Assembly: GCA_964633715.1 (NCBI GenBank)
Contig: CAZWHQ010000004.1
Location: 5,354-69,353 of the forward strand
Direction of reading: 5' to 3'
Length of the DNA: 64,000 nt
Origin: an uncultured Eubacteriales bacterium
GTDB lineage: Bacteria > Acidobacteriota > Aminicenantia > Aminicenantales > Aminicenantaceae
Shown in pieces: positions 27,617 through 37,624 of this stretch. Under the pieces are notes generated by a model that ran no database searches, was not told the DNA's origin, and worked only from the letters and a program-made list of their open reading frames with translations. Position 1 is the first letter of the stretch, and every line of letters starts with the position of its first letter. The position numbers and the translations under genes were made by a program.

Positions 27617-29666
27617 TCGTAGCTTGGGCTGTATTCAGTCTTGGCGATTTGGCCGTTACACTGATTTTTGAACCCTTTTTGCCTTGTAATGTCCATTCGA
27701 CTTTTTGAGTTCCTCCGCTTCCTTCTATAAATGGGATAGTGACAATTTTTCGACCGGAAAAAACTGTTTGGTTCTCAGTGGTTTTGAGTTCAACTCGAAT
27801 CGGCCATGCCGCTTGAGCCCGCCGTCCCTGTGCAGTTGATGTGGGAAGCCAACCTGAGTTTGAAAAATAGACCGTAACCTGGAAGAGGTCTTCATCGAGA
27901 GTTTTGACTTGAGTGTCTTTGATCTCCAGTCGGGGGAGTTTGCCCATTAACTGGATGTAGTAGTTCGAGTGGAAGTCGATGCTTTTTTGGATGTCAGCAG
28001 CGGGGGGAGTCACTTTTAGGTATGGAATGAATCCACCGATATCGACATCGCCCAGTGTGGGGTGTGGATAAGGAGTCCAGTCGACAAATCCATTACCTAA
28101 AAGCTCAGCATCCGACCATTTGAGAATATAGGCCTCTGGATGTTCATCTCCAGTTGTGCCTGAACTTTGAGGCATCTGCTCCATCATGTCTGCCATTTTT
28201 TCTGGAGTGACTTGTCCGGATTCAACCATACCAATAAGCATGGCTGCATCTATGTTGGGAGGAGCACCCTGGTCCTTCAAAAAAGCTGCAATTTTTTCCT
28301 CTCCAAGCGCAAGAAAATCTTCGCTGGACATGCTTCTCAGCTTGTCTACGGATAAAGCGTCTTTATCGGGCTCTTTTTTGGGTTCGGGTACAGTCCAGAG
28401 GTTAGCAGAAAAAACTGGAACTCCGAGCTGATAATAGCAGTACGCAACAAAAGAGCCCTTCCCCACGCCTTTAGCCCGTTTTTCAAGGTATTCCAGTTGG
28501 GCTTCCTTAAGCGCGTTTTTATAATCTTTTTGGACAGCCTGGAATAGTGTCATATCCTGTCTGTCGATACTCATAGCAGGACCGAGTCCGAGCAGCATGG
28601 CCACAAGACTTTCATCGATTTCTATCCCGCCGCCAATATTCATTCCTTTAAGAATGTCGATAAGTTCCTGCATTCCATATTCTCTGTTTGGCTCCAGACC
28701 CAAAAAAGTGACGTAGGGCTCAGGCACGACAAATTTGTCTGCTGCAGCCTGGGCTTGTCCGGTTTGCTGAAGATTGAGGAATGTGTTTTCAGAGGAGAAG
28801 TTTAGAACCATGCAGATATTGGGATGAGCTACAAGGAATTTTAAAAGAGCGATAGCCTCAGGAGAAGAAACCGGCCAGAGTCCGGCCGTTTTGATGTAAT
28901 ATTCAAAGTCATGGGGAAAATTCCTGTTGAGTTCGATCCCTCCTGGAGGATCTTCGTTGTACTGACCATCTTCATCATTGTCTAAGCCTTCAGAATACAT
29001 TTTATATAAGCCGATTTCACCCTTTTTTGGATCGGCAAGGCGCATCAAACGCGGTTCCGTCGGATCAGGAATCCATTTCCCCTCTGGATCCAGAACTCTC
29101 ATTTGTGTGATCATTCCATCTCTGTTTAGGTCCTCGAACCCGTCTTCATCAACCCTGTCATCCATATCATCGTCGACAGCCACGGCATTTCGTGTGCGCT
29201 GGTATCGGATTCTTGCGAAGTACTCTTGTGTCGTGTCCGGATTGAGCAATGGAGCTATGTAGACAGTGATATTGGAAAGCAGCTGTGTGATATCCTCATC
29301 TGATCCGTGTTTTGTCAGAAGTTTTTCTGCAAGGAGAAGAGCCGCTTCTGTGCCGACAAGATAGTTGCCTTCCAGATTGGCCGTCACAAACACAGTGGGC
29401 CTGGAATCAGGCTCGGGACTTTCATTGGAGTCTGCAGCAATCCTGAGAGCCAGAAGATCTGTCTCTTCGATACTCTTTCCAATGGATATCATGGATGTCA
29501 GGTTAGGGTACCGGGAATTCCATGCTTTGAGAATAGAATTGACATCCTCGGGACGGTGATATGTGTCAAAGTTCAACTGATCTGACTGGCCAGCAAAAAC
29601 AGGAGAAAAATACAAAAAAATCATAATCAAGAATATTGTACGACGAGTCATTTTTGCCTCCTTCAT
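27603..29666 (-). CDS. M14-like carboxypeptidase homolog lacking the zinc ligands, so probably an inactive paralog.
   Basis: Aligns with the downstream M14 enzyme around GTE(A/V)AL and PNI(Y/C). The HxxE motif is replaced by LEGNY and the third His is replaced by Ser. Signal peptide; 687 aa. Overlaps the active paralog by 14 nt. Confidence 0.7.
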   Translation of the reverse strand: MKEAKMTRRTIFLIMIFLYFSPVFAGQSDQLNFDTYHRPEDVNSILKAWNSRYPNLTSMISIGKSIEETDLLALRIAADSNESPEPDSRPTVFVTANLEGNYLVGTEAALLLAEKLLTKHGSDEDITQLLSNITVYIAPLLNPDTTQEYFARIRYQRTRNAVAVDDDMDDRVDEDGFEDLNRDGMITQMRVLDPEGKWIPDPTEPRLMRLADPKKGEIGLYKMYSEGLDNDEDGQYNEDPPGGIELNRNFPHDFEYYIKTAGLWPVSSPEAIALLKFLVAHPNICMVLNFSSENTFLNLQQTGQAQAAADKFVVPEPYVTFLGLEPNREYGMQELIDILKGMNIGGGIEIDESLVAMLLGLGPAMSIDRQDMTLFQAVQKDYKNALKEAQLEYLEKRAKGVGKGSFVAYCYYQLGVPVFSANLWTVPEPKKEPDKDALSVDKLRSMSSEDFLALGEEKIAAFLKDQGAPPNIDAAMLIGMVESGQVTPEKMADMMEQMPQSSGTTGDEHPEAYILKWSDAELLGNGFVDWTPYPHPTLGDVDIGGFIPYLKVTPPAADIQKSIDFHSNYYIQLMGKLPRLEIKDTQVKTLDEDLFQVTVYFSNSGWLPTSTAQGRRAQAAWPIRVELKTTENQTVFSGRKIVTIPFIEGSGGTQKVEWTLQGKKGSKISVTAKSPRLNTAQATIVLQ

Positions 29667-29765
29667 TATTCATACGTTAGAGAAAAAATAAAGTTATCAT
29701 GTGAGTGATCAAAATGCAATTTTCCTTCATTTGGAGAACGGAGTGATTTTCTGAATGTCTTTGGT

Positions 29766-30782
29766 TTATTTTTTTCTGTGCCGGATCTGGTCAAGGGCTA
29801 CGGCAATCACGATGATTCCTCCGATGATGATTTCTTGAATGTAATTGGGCCAGCCCATCATATTGGAGCCGTTTCTCAGGAAAGCCATGATAAAAACTCC
29901 GATCATGGAGCCAAGAATACTCCCGGACCCTCCGCTTAAACTTCCTCCACCGATGACAACAGCGGCAATGATGTCGAGCTCCAGGCCAACAGCAACCGTG
30001 GGATCTCCAACAGTCAACCTGGAAAACTGCATGACACCACTCATGCCGCAAAACAGGCCTGCAGTGCCATAAATTGCCACTTTGGTCCTGTTGATACGGA
30101 TCCCGCAGAGTCGAGCAGTGGCTTCATTGGAACCAACAGCAAAAACATGTTTTCCAAACACTGTGTATCGCAGCACTACAGCCATGAGAACCGCAAAAAT
30201 AATCATAACCCAAACTCCTGGTGCAAGGAAGAGCCATGATGGACGGGGAGAAGAAGACATCAGGTCATTAATCCAGGTTAATGGGGCATCTATTTTTTGA
30301 TTTTTGGCTATCCATTTAGCGATACCTCGTGCGATACCCAGCATACCCAAAGTCACGATGAAAGGAACAAGCCGGAGACTGGTGATTAGAAATCCATTAA
30401 TCAATCCCACCATTCCGCCGGTGAGTAGGCCTATCAGGATGGCCCATGGGAGAGACACTCCCGCATTTATGGCGTATGCTGTTGTGACACTGGCCAATGC
30501 GATGTTCGATGCGGCAGAGAGGTCTATACCGCCGCTGATAATAATCAACGTCATTCCCAGAGCTCCCAGCGCAACGATCACCGATTGAGTGGCTACACTT
30601 TTTATGTTGGCAATCCTGAGGAAACGGTCTTGAATCTCCGGCATGGAAGCAAATATAACCAGGACAAGGATAAGTCCAATGAACGGTCCAATCCAATTCA
30701 AGAGAGTCTGGACTTGAGTGCTTTTTCCTTTTTTAGGCATGGTTTTGTGTTCCAGAATATTTTTCTTCTGACATACGCCCAA
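29766..30782 (-). CDS. Sugar ABC transporter permease (RbsC/branched monosaccharide family).
   Basis: About 10 TM helices and a BPD-transport pattern. In an operon with the ATPase and binding protein. Confidence 0.8.
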   Translation of the reverse strand: MGVCQKKNILEHKTMPKKGKSTQVQTLLNWIGPFIGLILVLVIFASMPEIQDRFLRIANIKSVATQSVIVALGALGMTLIIISGGIDLSAASNIALASVTTAYAINAGVSLPWAILIGLLTGGMVGLINGFLITSLRLVPFIVTLGMLGIARGIAKWIAKNQKIDAPLTWINDLMSSSPRPSWLFLAPGVWVMIIFAVLMAVVLRYTVFGKHVFAVGSNEATARLCGIRINRTKVAIYGTAGLFCGMSGVMQFSRLTVGDPTVAVGLELDIIAAVVIGGGSLSGGSGSILGSMIGVFIMAFLRNGSNMMGWPNYIQEIIIGGIIVIAVALDQIRHRKK

Positions 30783-32280
30783 GTGTGGCGGCTGTCATGA
30801 TGCTGTGGGCATTCCATTGGTGTACGGCGCGGAGTGCAATAAGATTTCCTCTGTGGAAGACGGCAATATTGTCACAGATGCCCAGCAGCTCTGGGAGGTA
30901 GGAACTGACAAAAATCACGGCCTTTCCAAAAGAGGCCAGTTCTCCTATCCATTCATAGATCTGTGTTTTGCTAAGAACATCGATTCCTCGAGTGGGTTCA
31001 TCCAGAAGCAGAATGTCGGCTTGCTGGTGCAATAGCCGCGCCAGAGCGACTTTTTGCTGATTTCCTCCCGATAAGCTGAGAACTGGTTGGTCTGATCCAG
31101 AAGTCTTGATGTTTAGTGTCTGGAGAAACCTTTCGATTCCTTTTTTGTACTTTTTGAGATTGAGAAATCCAAAGAAACTGTAGGGAACAAAATGGCTGAG
31201 AGCAATGTTGTCTGCAATAGAAAGGCTCAGTGCCAGTCCTTCTTTCTGTCTGTCTTCACTTAAAAAACCCAGGCCCTGCTTAATTCTGGACTGTGGATTT
31301 GTTTTGGTGGATGAAAAATAGGCGACTTTGACCTGTCCTTTAATCACGGGATCGAATCCAAAAATGGTTCGCAGCACATCCGTTCGTCCGGAGCCAACTA
31401 GTCCTGCAAAGCCCAATATCTCACCTTTATGTAGCTCAAGATTAACACAAGACGACATCTTTTTGCCCTGCAGTTTGTCAAGGGTGAGTGCGACATCGCT
31501 GATTTCATGAAGTGTTTTCGGGAACATTTCAGTCAATTCTCTTCCGATCATAAGATGAATAATCTTTTCATGTGTGACGTCTTGAATATTACCTGATTTT
31601 ATTTTTTTCCCATCACGGAGAACGGTGAAACGGTCGGCCACTTTTTGGACTTCTTCCAGAAAATGACTGATATAAATAATACTGACCCCCATTCCCTTGA
31701 GGTTGCTAATTATCTGGAACAACCGATCACTGTCCTCCAGAGAAAGGCTGCTTGTCGGTTCATCCATCACTAGAATTTTTGCTTCATCAGCTAGTGCCCG
31801 TGCGATCTCAACAATTTGTTTTATTCCCATACTTAGGTTTTCGATTGGCGTATCCAGAGGAATTTCAGGGTGATTGACCATTCCTAAGGCATTCTTGACG
31901 GCTTTTTTCATTTCTTTTTTCTTTAAAAAAAAGCCTGATTTGATTTCTTTACCCAACATGATATTTTCTTCGACAGTGAGATTAGGGGCGAGATTGAGTT
32001 CCTGGTAAATCATAGAGATGCCGTGCTTTCGGCTTTCCAATGGTGAGGCAGGAAAAAACGATTGTCCTTTAAGAGTGATTTGCCCTGCATCCTGACGCAG
32101 GGCTCCACTCAGTATTTTGACTAGCGTGCTTTTTCCCGCTCCATTTTCACCGATCAGGGCATGGACTTCTCCCTCTCGAAGTTCGAAATCGACATCACGG
32201 AGAGCCTGCGTTGTGCCAAAATTTTTGCAGATCCCTTTCATGTGCAAAAGAGTGTTTGAAGAGGATTCTGTGGTTTTCAA
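30733..32280 (-). CDS. Sugar ABC transporter ATP-binding protein with duplicated ATPase domains (RbsA/MglA-like).
   Basis: Two Walker A sites (GENGAGKST; GLVGSGRT), two LSGG signatures, 515 aa. Confidence 0.85.
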   Translation of the reverse strand: MKTTESSSNTLLHMKGICKNFGTTQALRDVDFELREGEVHALIGENGAGKSTLVKILSGALRQDAGQITLKGQSFFPASPLESRKHGISMIYQELNLAPNLTVEENIMLGKEIKSGFFLKKKEMKKAVKNALGMVNHPEIPLDTPIENLSMGIKQIVEIARALADEAKILVMDEPTSSLSLEDSDRLFQIISNLKGMGVSIIYISHFLEEVQKVADRFTVLRDGKKIKSGNIQDVTHEKIIHLMIGRELTEMFPKTLHEISDVALTLDKLQGKKMSSCVNLELHKGEILGFAGLVGSGRTDVLRTIFGFDPVIKGQVKVAYFSSTKTNPQSRIKQGLGFLSEDRQKEGLALSLSIADNIALSHFVPYSFFGFLNLKKYKKGIERFLQTLNIKTSGSDQPVLSLSGGNQQKVALARLLHQQADILLLDEPTRGIDVLSKTQIYEWIGELASFGKAVIFVSSYLPELLGICDNIAVFHRGNLIALRAVHQWNAHSIMTAATLGRMSEEKYSGTQNHA

Positions 32281-33266
32281 TTCAAATACGGTGACAGGTC
32301 TGGCGAAAGCAGTGCTTTCATCTCAGGATCGGACATATTGTCTGGAGTGATCAAATGAACACCCGTATCGATCCTCTTGTCAATTGTCTCACCCCGAAGA
32401 TGAAGGACTATCTGTTTAACACCCATATACCCGATTTGTATCGGATCTTGAAGGATCAGACCGTGGATGTGACCATCTTCTAATCCCTGGACAAGTTTGG
32501 GGCTGGAATCAAAACCAACAAATTTGATCTGACCTGCTCTCCCGGATTCCTGAAGAGCGCGGAGTGCACCAAAAGTGCTGGATTCATTGGGACAAAAAAG
32601 TCCATCCACATCTGCAAAACGATTGAGTAGATTTTCTGCCAGTTGGTAAGCTGTTTCTGTCGTGGCTCCGGCGTATTGATCTTCGACAAGAAAATTAATC
32701 TGGGGAAAGTCGTTTTTGATCGTGTCGACAAAACCCTTTTCCCGGTTGACCGTACTTGCCGATCCGACCTGATAGCGGATGAGGATCAAATTTCCCCCGT
32801 CTTTAAGGAGTTCTCCCATCCGTTGCGCTGCAAGCACTCCGCCCCTATAGTTATCGGTGGCCACATAACTTATGTGCTGCTCTCCCTGGAGAGCGGAATC
32901 GATAATGACAACAGGGATATTTCGTGCAACGGCGTCTCTTACAGGCCGCGTGAGCGCTCGGTCATCTAGGGGGGCGAGCACAATGCCGTCCACACCGAGA
33001 TTGATAAAATCCTCGACAACAGTGATCTGTTGGGCTCTGTCATCCTCCTTTTGAGGTCCGTTCCAGAATATTTTTACGTCGAATTCCCTTGAGGCTTTAA
33101 TAGCGCCGGCATGGATGGATTTCCAGAAGCCATGTGTGGTTCCCTTGGGGATGACAGCTATCTCAAGCTGCTTATTTTCAGTATTGCCTGAATCCTTTTT
33201 AGGACCGCACTGAATCACAAATAAGGAAAGACTCAATAGAAATATGAAATGCTTTTTTAATCCCAT
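32277..33266 (-). CDS. Periplasmic sugar-binding protein (RbsB-type, type I periplasmic-binding fold), lipoprotein.
   Basis: Signal peptide with lipobox-like ...VIQCG and a type I periplasmic-binding-fold pattern. Confidence 0.8.
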   Translation of the reverse strand: MGLKKHFIFLLSLSLFVIQCGPKKDSGNTENKQLEIAVIPKGTTHGFWKSIHAGAIKASREFDVKIFWNGPQKEDDRAQQITVVEDFINLGVDGIVLAPLDDRALTRPVRDAVARNIPVVIIDSALQGEQHISYVATDNYRGGVLAAQRMGELLKDGGNLILIRYQVGSASTVNREKGFVDTIKNDFPQINFLVEDQYAGATTETAYQLAENLLNRFADVDGLFCPNESSTFGALRALQESGRAGQIKFVGFDSSPKLVQGLEDGHIHGLILQDPIQIGYMGVKQIVLHLRGETIDKRIDTGVHLITPDNMSDPEMKALLSPDLSPYLN

Positions 33267-33384
33267 ATCAGTGAAAGTATAAATAAAAAAAACTCTTCCG
33301 TCAAAGATATGGGTATATTCAAGAACAATTTCTGGGCGGCCTCAGGTTTTGGCGGCGGTATGTATCATACAGATCTGTGTGGGT

Positions 33385-33560
33385 TTTTAACAGGGGGCTG
33401 CATTGCTCGGAAATAAGGACTCCGGAAACGGGTTCCGGGGTATGCCGCAGAATCGGACAGCTGGCTTCGGTCAGAGTGGAGGAATTGATTTTGAGCTACT
33501 TGAGCCCGCGACTTCCCGGCTTTACGGCCTGACTTCCCTCGGCGCAAAGCGGACAATTAT
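33385..33560. ncRNA. GC-rich structured-looking element (about 58 % GC) spanning the pyrE to rbsB intergenic region and the 3' end of pyrE. Candidate ncRNA or cis-regulatory leader; family unknown.
   Basis: Composition shift; hairpins CCGGAA-ACGGG-UUCCGG and CUGGC-UUCG-GUCAG; a repeated GACTTCCC(G/TC)GGC motif. No RNase P, tmRNA or SRP signature found. Confidence 0.2.
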
Positions 33561-34077
33561 TTGGTTCATAGTTTAAGACCTTCATCTGAAAGAGAGAAAA
33601 ATAGGGGACACTGAACTGGGCTTGACCACCGCTCCTATCTACGACCGATGTTACAGCTGCGATCTCAGCCCTGCTTTCCTTGAGGAGTTCAATCACTTCT
33701 TTGACCGATCCTCCCGTCGTAGTGACATCTTCGGCGAGGAGAATCCGTTCTCCAGGAGAGATCTCAAAGCCGCGCCGCAGTGTCATCTGCCCATCCACCC
33801 TCTCTGAAAAAATGGCTCGGACATTGAGTAGTCGACCAACTTCCTGGCCGAATACGATACCTCCCACAGCTGGAGAAACAACCACATCAATCTTCTCGTC
33901 CTTGAAGTGATCAGCGATATCCCGGCAGAGAGTTTCGGCATGCCAGGGGTATTGGAAGACCTTGGCACACTGGAAATATGATGCACTGTGCAGCCCGGAA
34001 GTCAGGATAAAATGACCCTCAAGGAGAGCTTCAGTTTCCTTGAAAATATTTAGTATATCGTCCCGTGTCAGAGCCAT
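33496..34077 (-). CDS. pyrE: Orotate phosphoribosyltransferase.
   Basis: PRPP-binding motif LLAEDVTTTGGS, 193 aa, with an unusual C-terminal tail of about 25 aa (NCPLCAEGSQAVKPGSRGLK). Confidence 0.85.
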   Translation of the reverse strand: MALTRDDILNIFKETEALLEGHFILTSGLHSASYFQCAKVFQYPWHAETLCRDIADHFKDEKIDVVVSPAVGGIVFGQEVGRLLNVRAIFSERVDGQMTLRRGFEISPGERILLAEDVTTTGGSVKEVIELLKESRAEIAAVTSVVDRSGGQAQFSVPYFSLFQMKVLNYEPNNCPLCAEGSQAVKPGSRGLK

Positions 34078-34240
34078 CCTCTGTCACCTCCATAATAAAA
34101 GTTTACTCAGAATACCACAGATTGCCTATTAAAAGAATCCTTGATCTTTCTCTATGAGAAACTTCTTGAAATAATGAAAAAGCACTAAATAGATCCCTAG
34201 ACATTCCGGAGGATGCTGACGAATGGATAAAAGAGCATCC

Positions 34241-35701
34241 CTATTTTGGCAGGACATCCAGACCGTTATTACGGGCATCAGCCAGCATGATGTCGTGCAG
34301 CTCTTTCTGTAAGGCGTCATCCAGGGGAGATTCAGAGGGTTCATTCAGAAGTCTGTTGACTTCATCGGCAGCTCTTTCAGCCATGGATTTTCTCCCGAGG
34401 GAAGCCCAGGTATCATAGGTGTCTCGGTCAATCATAAGAGGATAGGTGTGTTCTTCTTTGTACCATTTTCTTGTATGTGGAGTGGACAGGAATTCTGTGT
34501 CTTTTGTGATATTTTCAAACATATGTGTGGCGACTGGATCCTCTCTCTGGGTTATCCCTTTGACCAGCCTGAGGGCCATTCCGGCTATTTCATTATCGAT
34601 CACTAATTTTTCCAGGCTCTGGCAGCTTTCAAAATCCATCATACCCGGACCTGAAATCACGTTGATCCCGGATAGAGCTGCAAGAACGGCGCCGATACCT
34701 GTTTCCAATCCGGCCTGGTTGTCATTGATCTTGGCGTCACTCAATCCCATATAGGCATGGGTTGGTAAGTTAAGGTGTTTGGCGATTTGGGTATATCCTG
34801 AATCGATCATCATCGTTTCGATAGCTCCCATGGGAGTTGTGCCTTTTCGCATGTCGAAGCTGGAGGGGGATCCGCCGAAAATGACTGGTGCGCCTTGTTT
34901 GGCCAACTGGCAGATCACGAGCCCCGTGAGGTTTTCTGCCACGTGCTGAACGAGTGTTCCTGTAATTGTAATCAGAGATGTGGCTCCTGTCATACCCATA
35001 GAGATCAACTCAGAAGGGATTCCAGCCCGAGCGCTGTCAATTAAAGATTGGGTTGTCAGATTGCTCCATTTAAGAGGAGGGGAGGGGCAGGCATCAAAAA
35101 TGGCCAGGGGTTTTTCTGCAAGCTTTTCTTTACTGCCTCTGACCGCCACCATCATGTCAAACATGGGTTTAAATCCTTCCACGCGGAAGGTCCCTGTCAC
35201 TATGGGTTTTGTCGAATGTTGTAGTCCGATATACATCCTATATGAATCACTGATGAATTCAGGGACATCCTGGCTGATGAGCCCGGTGCTCTGGAAGTCG
35301 ATGTTTTTCAATTTGTCCGTCAATTTAACAAAATTGACGACGTCCACTGTAGTCGCTTTTCTCTGGGCTTGGGTCTTATGGTCAAGGATCGTAACGGCCG
35401 CAGAACCCGGATCGAAATGGACATCATCTTCCCCAACGATAAATTCTTTTTCTCCTGATCTGTCATAGAGTTTGATCACGGCCGGAGTTGTAGCCAGGGA
35501 ATCGTGGACGAGTTGGGGGGTCAGATAAACTCTTTGTGTCGAGGTGTCGACCTTCATGCCTGCTGCCTGAAAGAGTTCTTGTGCTTCTTCATTCTCAACA
35601 AAAATACCCTCTCTTTCGAGCAAGATCAAAGCTTCTTGGATGATCTTTTCGATCAATGCTGCATTGAGCAATTCCATTTTGGGTCTTACGGTATGATTCA
35701 T
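34241..35701 (-). CDS. MttB-superfamily methyltransferase: trimethylamine/glycine-betaine-type substrate:corrinoid methyltransferase, non-pyrrolysine form.
   Basis: 486 aa, with the TIM-barrel MttB-family pattern throughout. No in-frame amber codon, so this resembles the MtgB-like quaternary-amine methyltransferases rather than Pyl-containing MttB. Confidence 0.75.
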   Translation of the reverse strand: MNHTVRPKMELLNAALIEKIIQEALILLEREGIFVENEEAQELFQAAGMKVDTSTQRVYLTPQLVHDSLATTPAVIKLYDRSGEKEFIVGEDDVHFDPGSAAVTILDHKTQAQRKATTVDVVNFVKLTDKLKNIDFQSTGLISQDVPEFISDSYRMYIGLQHSTKPIVTGTFRVEGFKPMFDMMVAVRGSKEKLAEKPLAIFDACPSPPLKWSNLTTQSLIDSARAGIPSELISMGMTGATSLITITGTLVQHVAENLTGLVICQLAKQGAPVIFGGSPSSFDMRKGTTPMGAIETMMIDSGYTQIAKHLNLPTHAYMGLSDAKINDNQAGLETGIGAVLAALSGINVISGPGMMDFESCQSLEKLVIDNEIAGMALRLVKGITQREDPVATHMFENITKDTEFLSTPHTRKWYKEEHTYPLMIDRDTYDTWASLGRKSMAERAADEVNRLLNEPSESPLDDALQKELHDIMLADARNNGLDVLPK

Positions 35702-35726
35702 TTGTCTTGTCCTTTATTGAATTAAT

Positions 35727-37622
35727 TTATTTTTGAGTTTTTACAGTTGGGAACAATTTGACTTCGGTGTGAGGAAGAAATAAAGCCCCCGTATATTCGT
35801 TCATGTAGCGAGGTTCTGTATTCAATTCTAAATATGTCATCTTGTCAACAAGTTTTTCGATTTTTTCCCGGTTTTTATCGGACAGCAACACAAGCAGGGC
35901 GCCCAATAGAGAACTGTTTCCGACATAGTGAAATTTGTTTCTATCGAGATCTGGGAGGAGGCCAATGCGGATGGCATTTTCGACATTGAGATGCCGCCCG
36001 AATCCCCCGGCAATATAGACGTCAGCGATGTTGTCGAAGTCTATGCCTATGTTTTTAACGAGCAGCCTGCAGGCAGAAAATAGGGCACCCTTTGTTCGAA
36101 TAAGAGAAAGGATATCGTTTTCAGTGATGACCAGATCATGTCCCCAGAACGTGTCCTTTCCATCTAAAATAAGGAAAGCCAGTCCTTGTTCCGTATCCTT
36201 CAAATGTCCTTTTGTATTATCTGAAATAAACTTGCCGCTGCGGTCTATGAATCCGTAAATATAAAGTTCGGACAGCAGATCCACCAAACCTGAACCACAT
36301 AGTCCTCGAGGCTTACTGTTGTTGATTGTGCGGAATTCCAATCCTTTATCTCTATTCAATTTGACAGATTCGATCGCTCCATCTGAAGCCGGCATGCCGC
36401 ACCGGATCCCGCTGCCCTCAAAGGCTGGGCCTGCCGAACAGGCACAGGTCATCATCCAATCCATGTTCCCGATGACAAGTTCTCCATTTGTACCGGCATC
36501 GATAAAAAGCGAGATATCTTTGGCGTTTTTAAGCATGGGGGTGCTTAAAATTCCCGCTGTGATATCCCCCCCAACATAACTTCCCACAGCAGGGGCACAA
36601 AATATCCGGGCTTCTCTGTTCAGATCCAGGCCTATCTTTTCAGCGAGAACAATGGGGGCACGGTTAAATGTGGGGACATAGGGATCTTCTCGAATGAAAC
36701 GGGGATCACAATCGAGAAAAAGGTGGATCATTGTCGTATTGCCTGAAAATGAGCCATAATATATGTCTGAACAAGACAAGTTTGAACTCTTTGTGGCTTT
36801 GTGAATAAGAAAATTGATGGTTTTTATAATGAGTGTGTGAAGTTCTTTTTGGCGTTCCGGTTTCCGGGCGTAGTTGATTCTGGAAATGATATCTTCGCCG
36901 CATTTTATCTGCTGATTGAAGCTGGATGCCGTGCTGCAGATTTTCCCGTTTGTGAGGTCAACCAGATGAAGCGCCACGGTCGAAGTTCCAATATCGCAGG
37001 CGATACCGAGAACTTTTTTTTTAAGAGATACGGGGATAACATCGATGATAGAGTTTTCCAATCCGGCCGAAAACAAAATACAATCGACCTTATCTGGATC
37101 TTGACGAACGTTTTGTGACAAATTTTGGAGAACGGAAAAGGTGCTATTCCATTCCATCGGCCCGAGCTTTTCATCAAGTTTTTTCTCCACTCTCTTGAGC
37201 TCGCTGTAATTATTTTCCAGCGATGGAGGATCGAGTTTGAGGGAGATCTTCCTCACAGCAGGATTGACTTCATAGACACCCGAAATGCGGTCCTTGTTCT
37301 TGTTGAAATAGTCTGACTCAATCACACTCTGGATGGCCCGTTCATCAAAATGAGGGAGCTGGACAGTTAGGTTATCCTCGATCTTGGTCAAACAGGCCAG
37401 CACAAAACCTTTTGATAGAATATCATTGGGGAGTCCTTTGACGGAATTTTTAGACACAACTCCCTTTAAAATTTTTACACTGCAGTCTCCACACGTTCCT
37501 TCTCCGCCACAGGACGTCTTCATGGGTAGGTTTGCCTGTCTTATGGTCTCGAGGAGACCTGCCCCTTTATTGACCTCAACCTCTATCTCAAATGGGAGAA
37601 AGCGCACAGTGTATTTGTTCAT
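35727..37622 (-). CDS. Reductive activator of corrinoid proteins (RACo/RamA-like): an N-terminal [2Fe-2S] ferredoxin plus an ASKHA ATPase (DUF4445).
   Basis: N-terminal plant-type ferredoxin Cys pattern (CGGEGTCGDCSVKI...C), then a sugar-kinase/Hsp70/actin-like ATPase body. 631 aa, directly downstream of acsC. Confidence 0.8.
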   Translation of the reverse strand: MNKYTVRFLPFEIEVEVNKGAGLLETIRQANLPMKTSCGGEGTCGDCSVKILKGVVSKNSVKGLPNDILSKGFVLACLTKIEDNLTVQLPHFDERAIQSVIESDYFNKNKDRISGVYEVNPAVRKISLKLDPPSLENNYSELKRVEKKLDEKLGPMEWNSTFSVLQNLSQNVRQDPDKVDCILFSAGLENSIIDVIPVSLKKKVLGIACDIGTSTVALHLVDLTNGKICSTASSFNQQIKCGEDIISRINYARKPERQKELHTLIIKTINFLIHKATKSSNLSCSDIYYGSFSGNTTMIHLFLDCDPRFIREDPYVPTFNRAPIVLAEKIGLDLNREARIFCAPAVGSYVGGDITAGILSTPMLKNAKDISLFIDAGTNGELVIGNMDWMMTCACSAGPAFEGSGIRCGMPASDGAIESVKLNRDKGLEFRTINNSKPRGLCGSGLVDLLSELYIYGFIDRSGKFISDNTKGHLKDTEQGLAFLILDGKDTFWGHDLVITENDILSLIRTKGALFSACRLLVKNIGIDFDNIADVYIAGGFGRHLNVENAIRIGLLPDLDRNKFHYVGNSSLLGALLVLLSDKNREKIEKLVDKMTYLELNTEPRYMNEYTGALFLPHTEVKLFPTVKTQK

Positions 37623-37624
37623 GT

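Noticed and set aside
33385-33560. Possibility that this GC-rich region is RNase P RNA, tmRNA or 6S RNA.
   Set aside because: It is too short for RNase P or tmRNA (under 250 nt). It has no GGAAAGUCCGG P4 motif and no tRNA-like 3' end with GGUUCGAAUCC...CCA. No confident family assignment is possible by eye.
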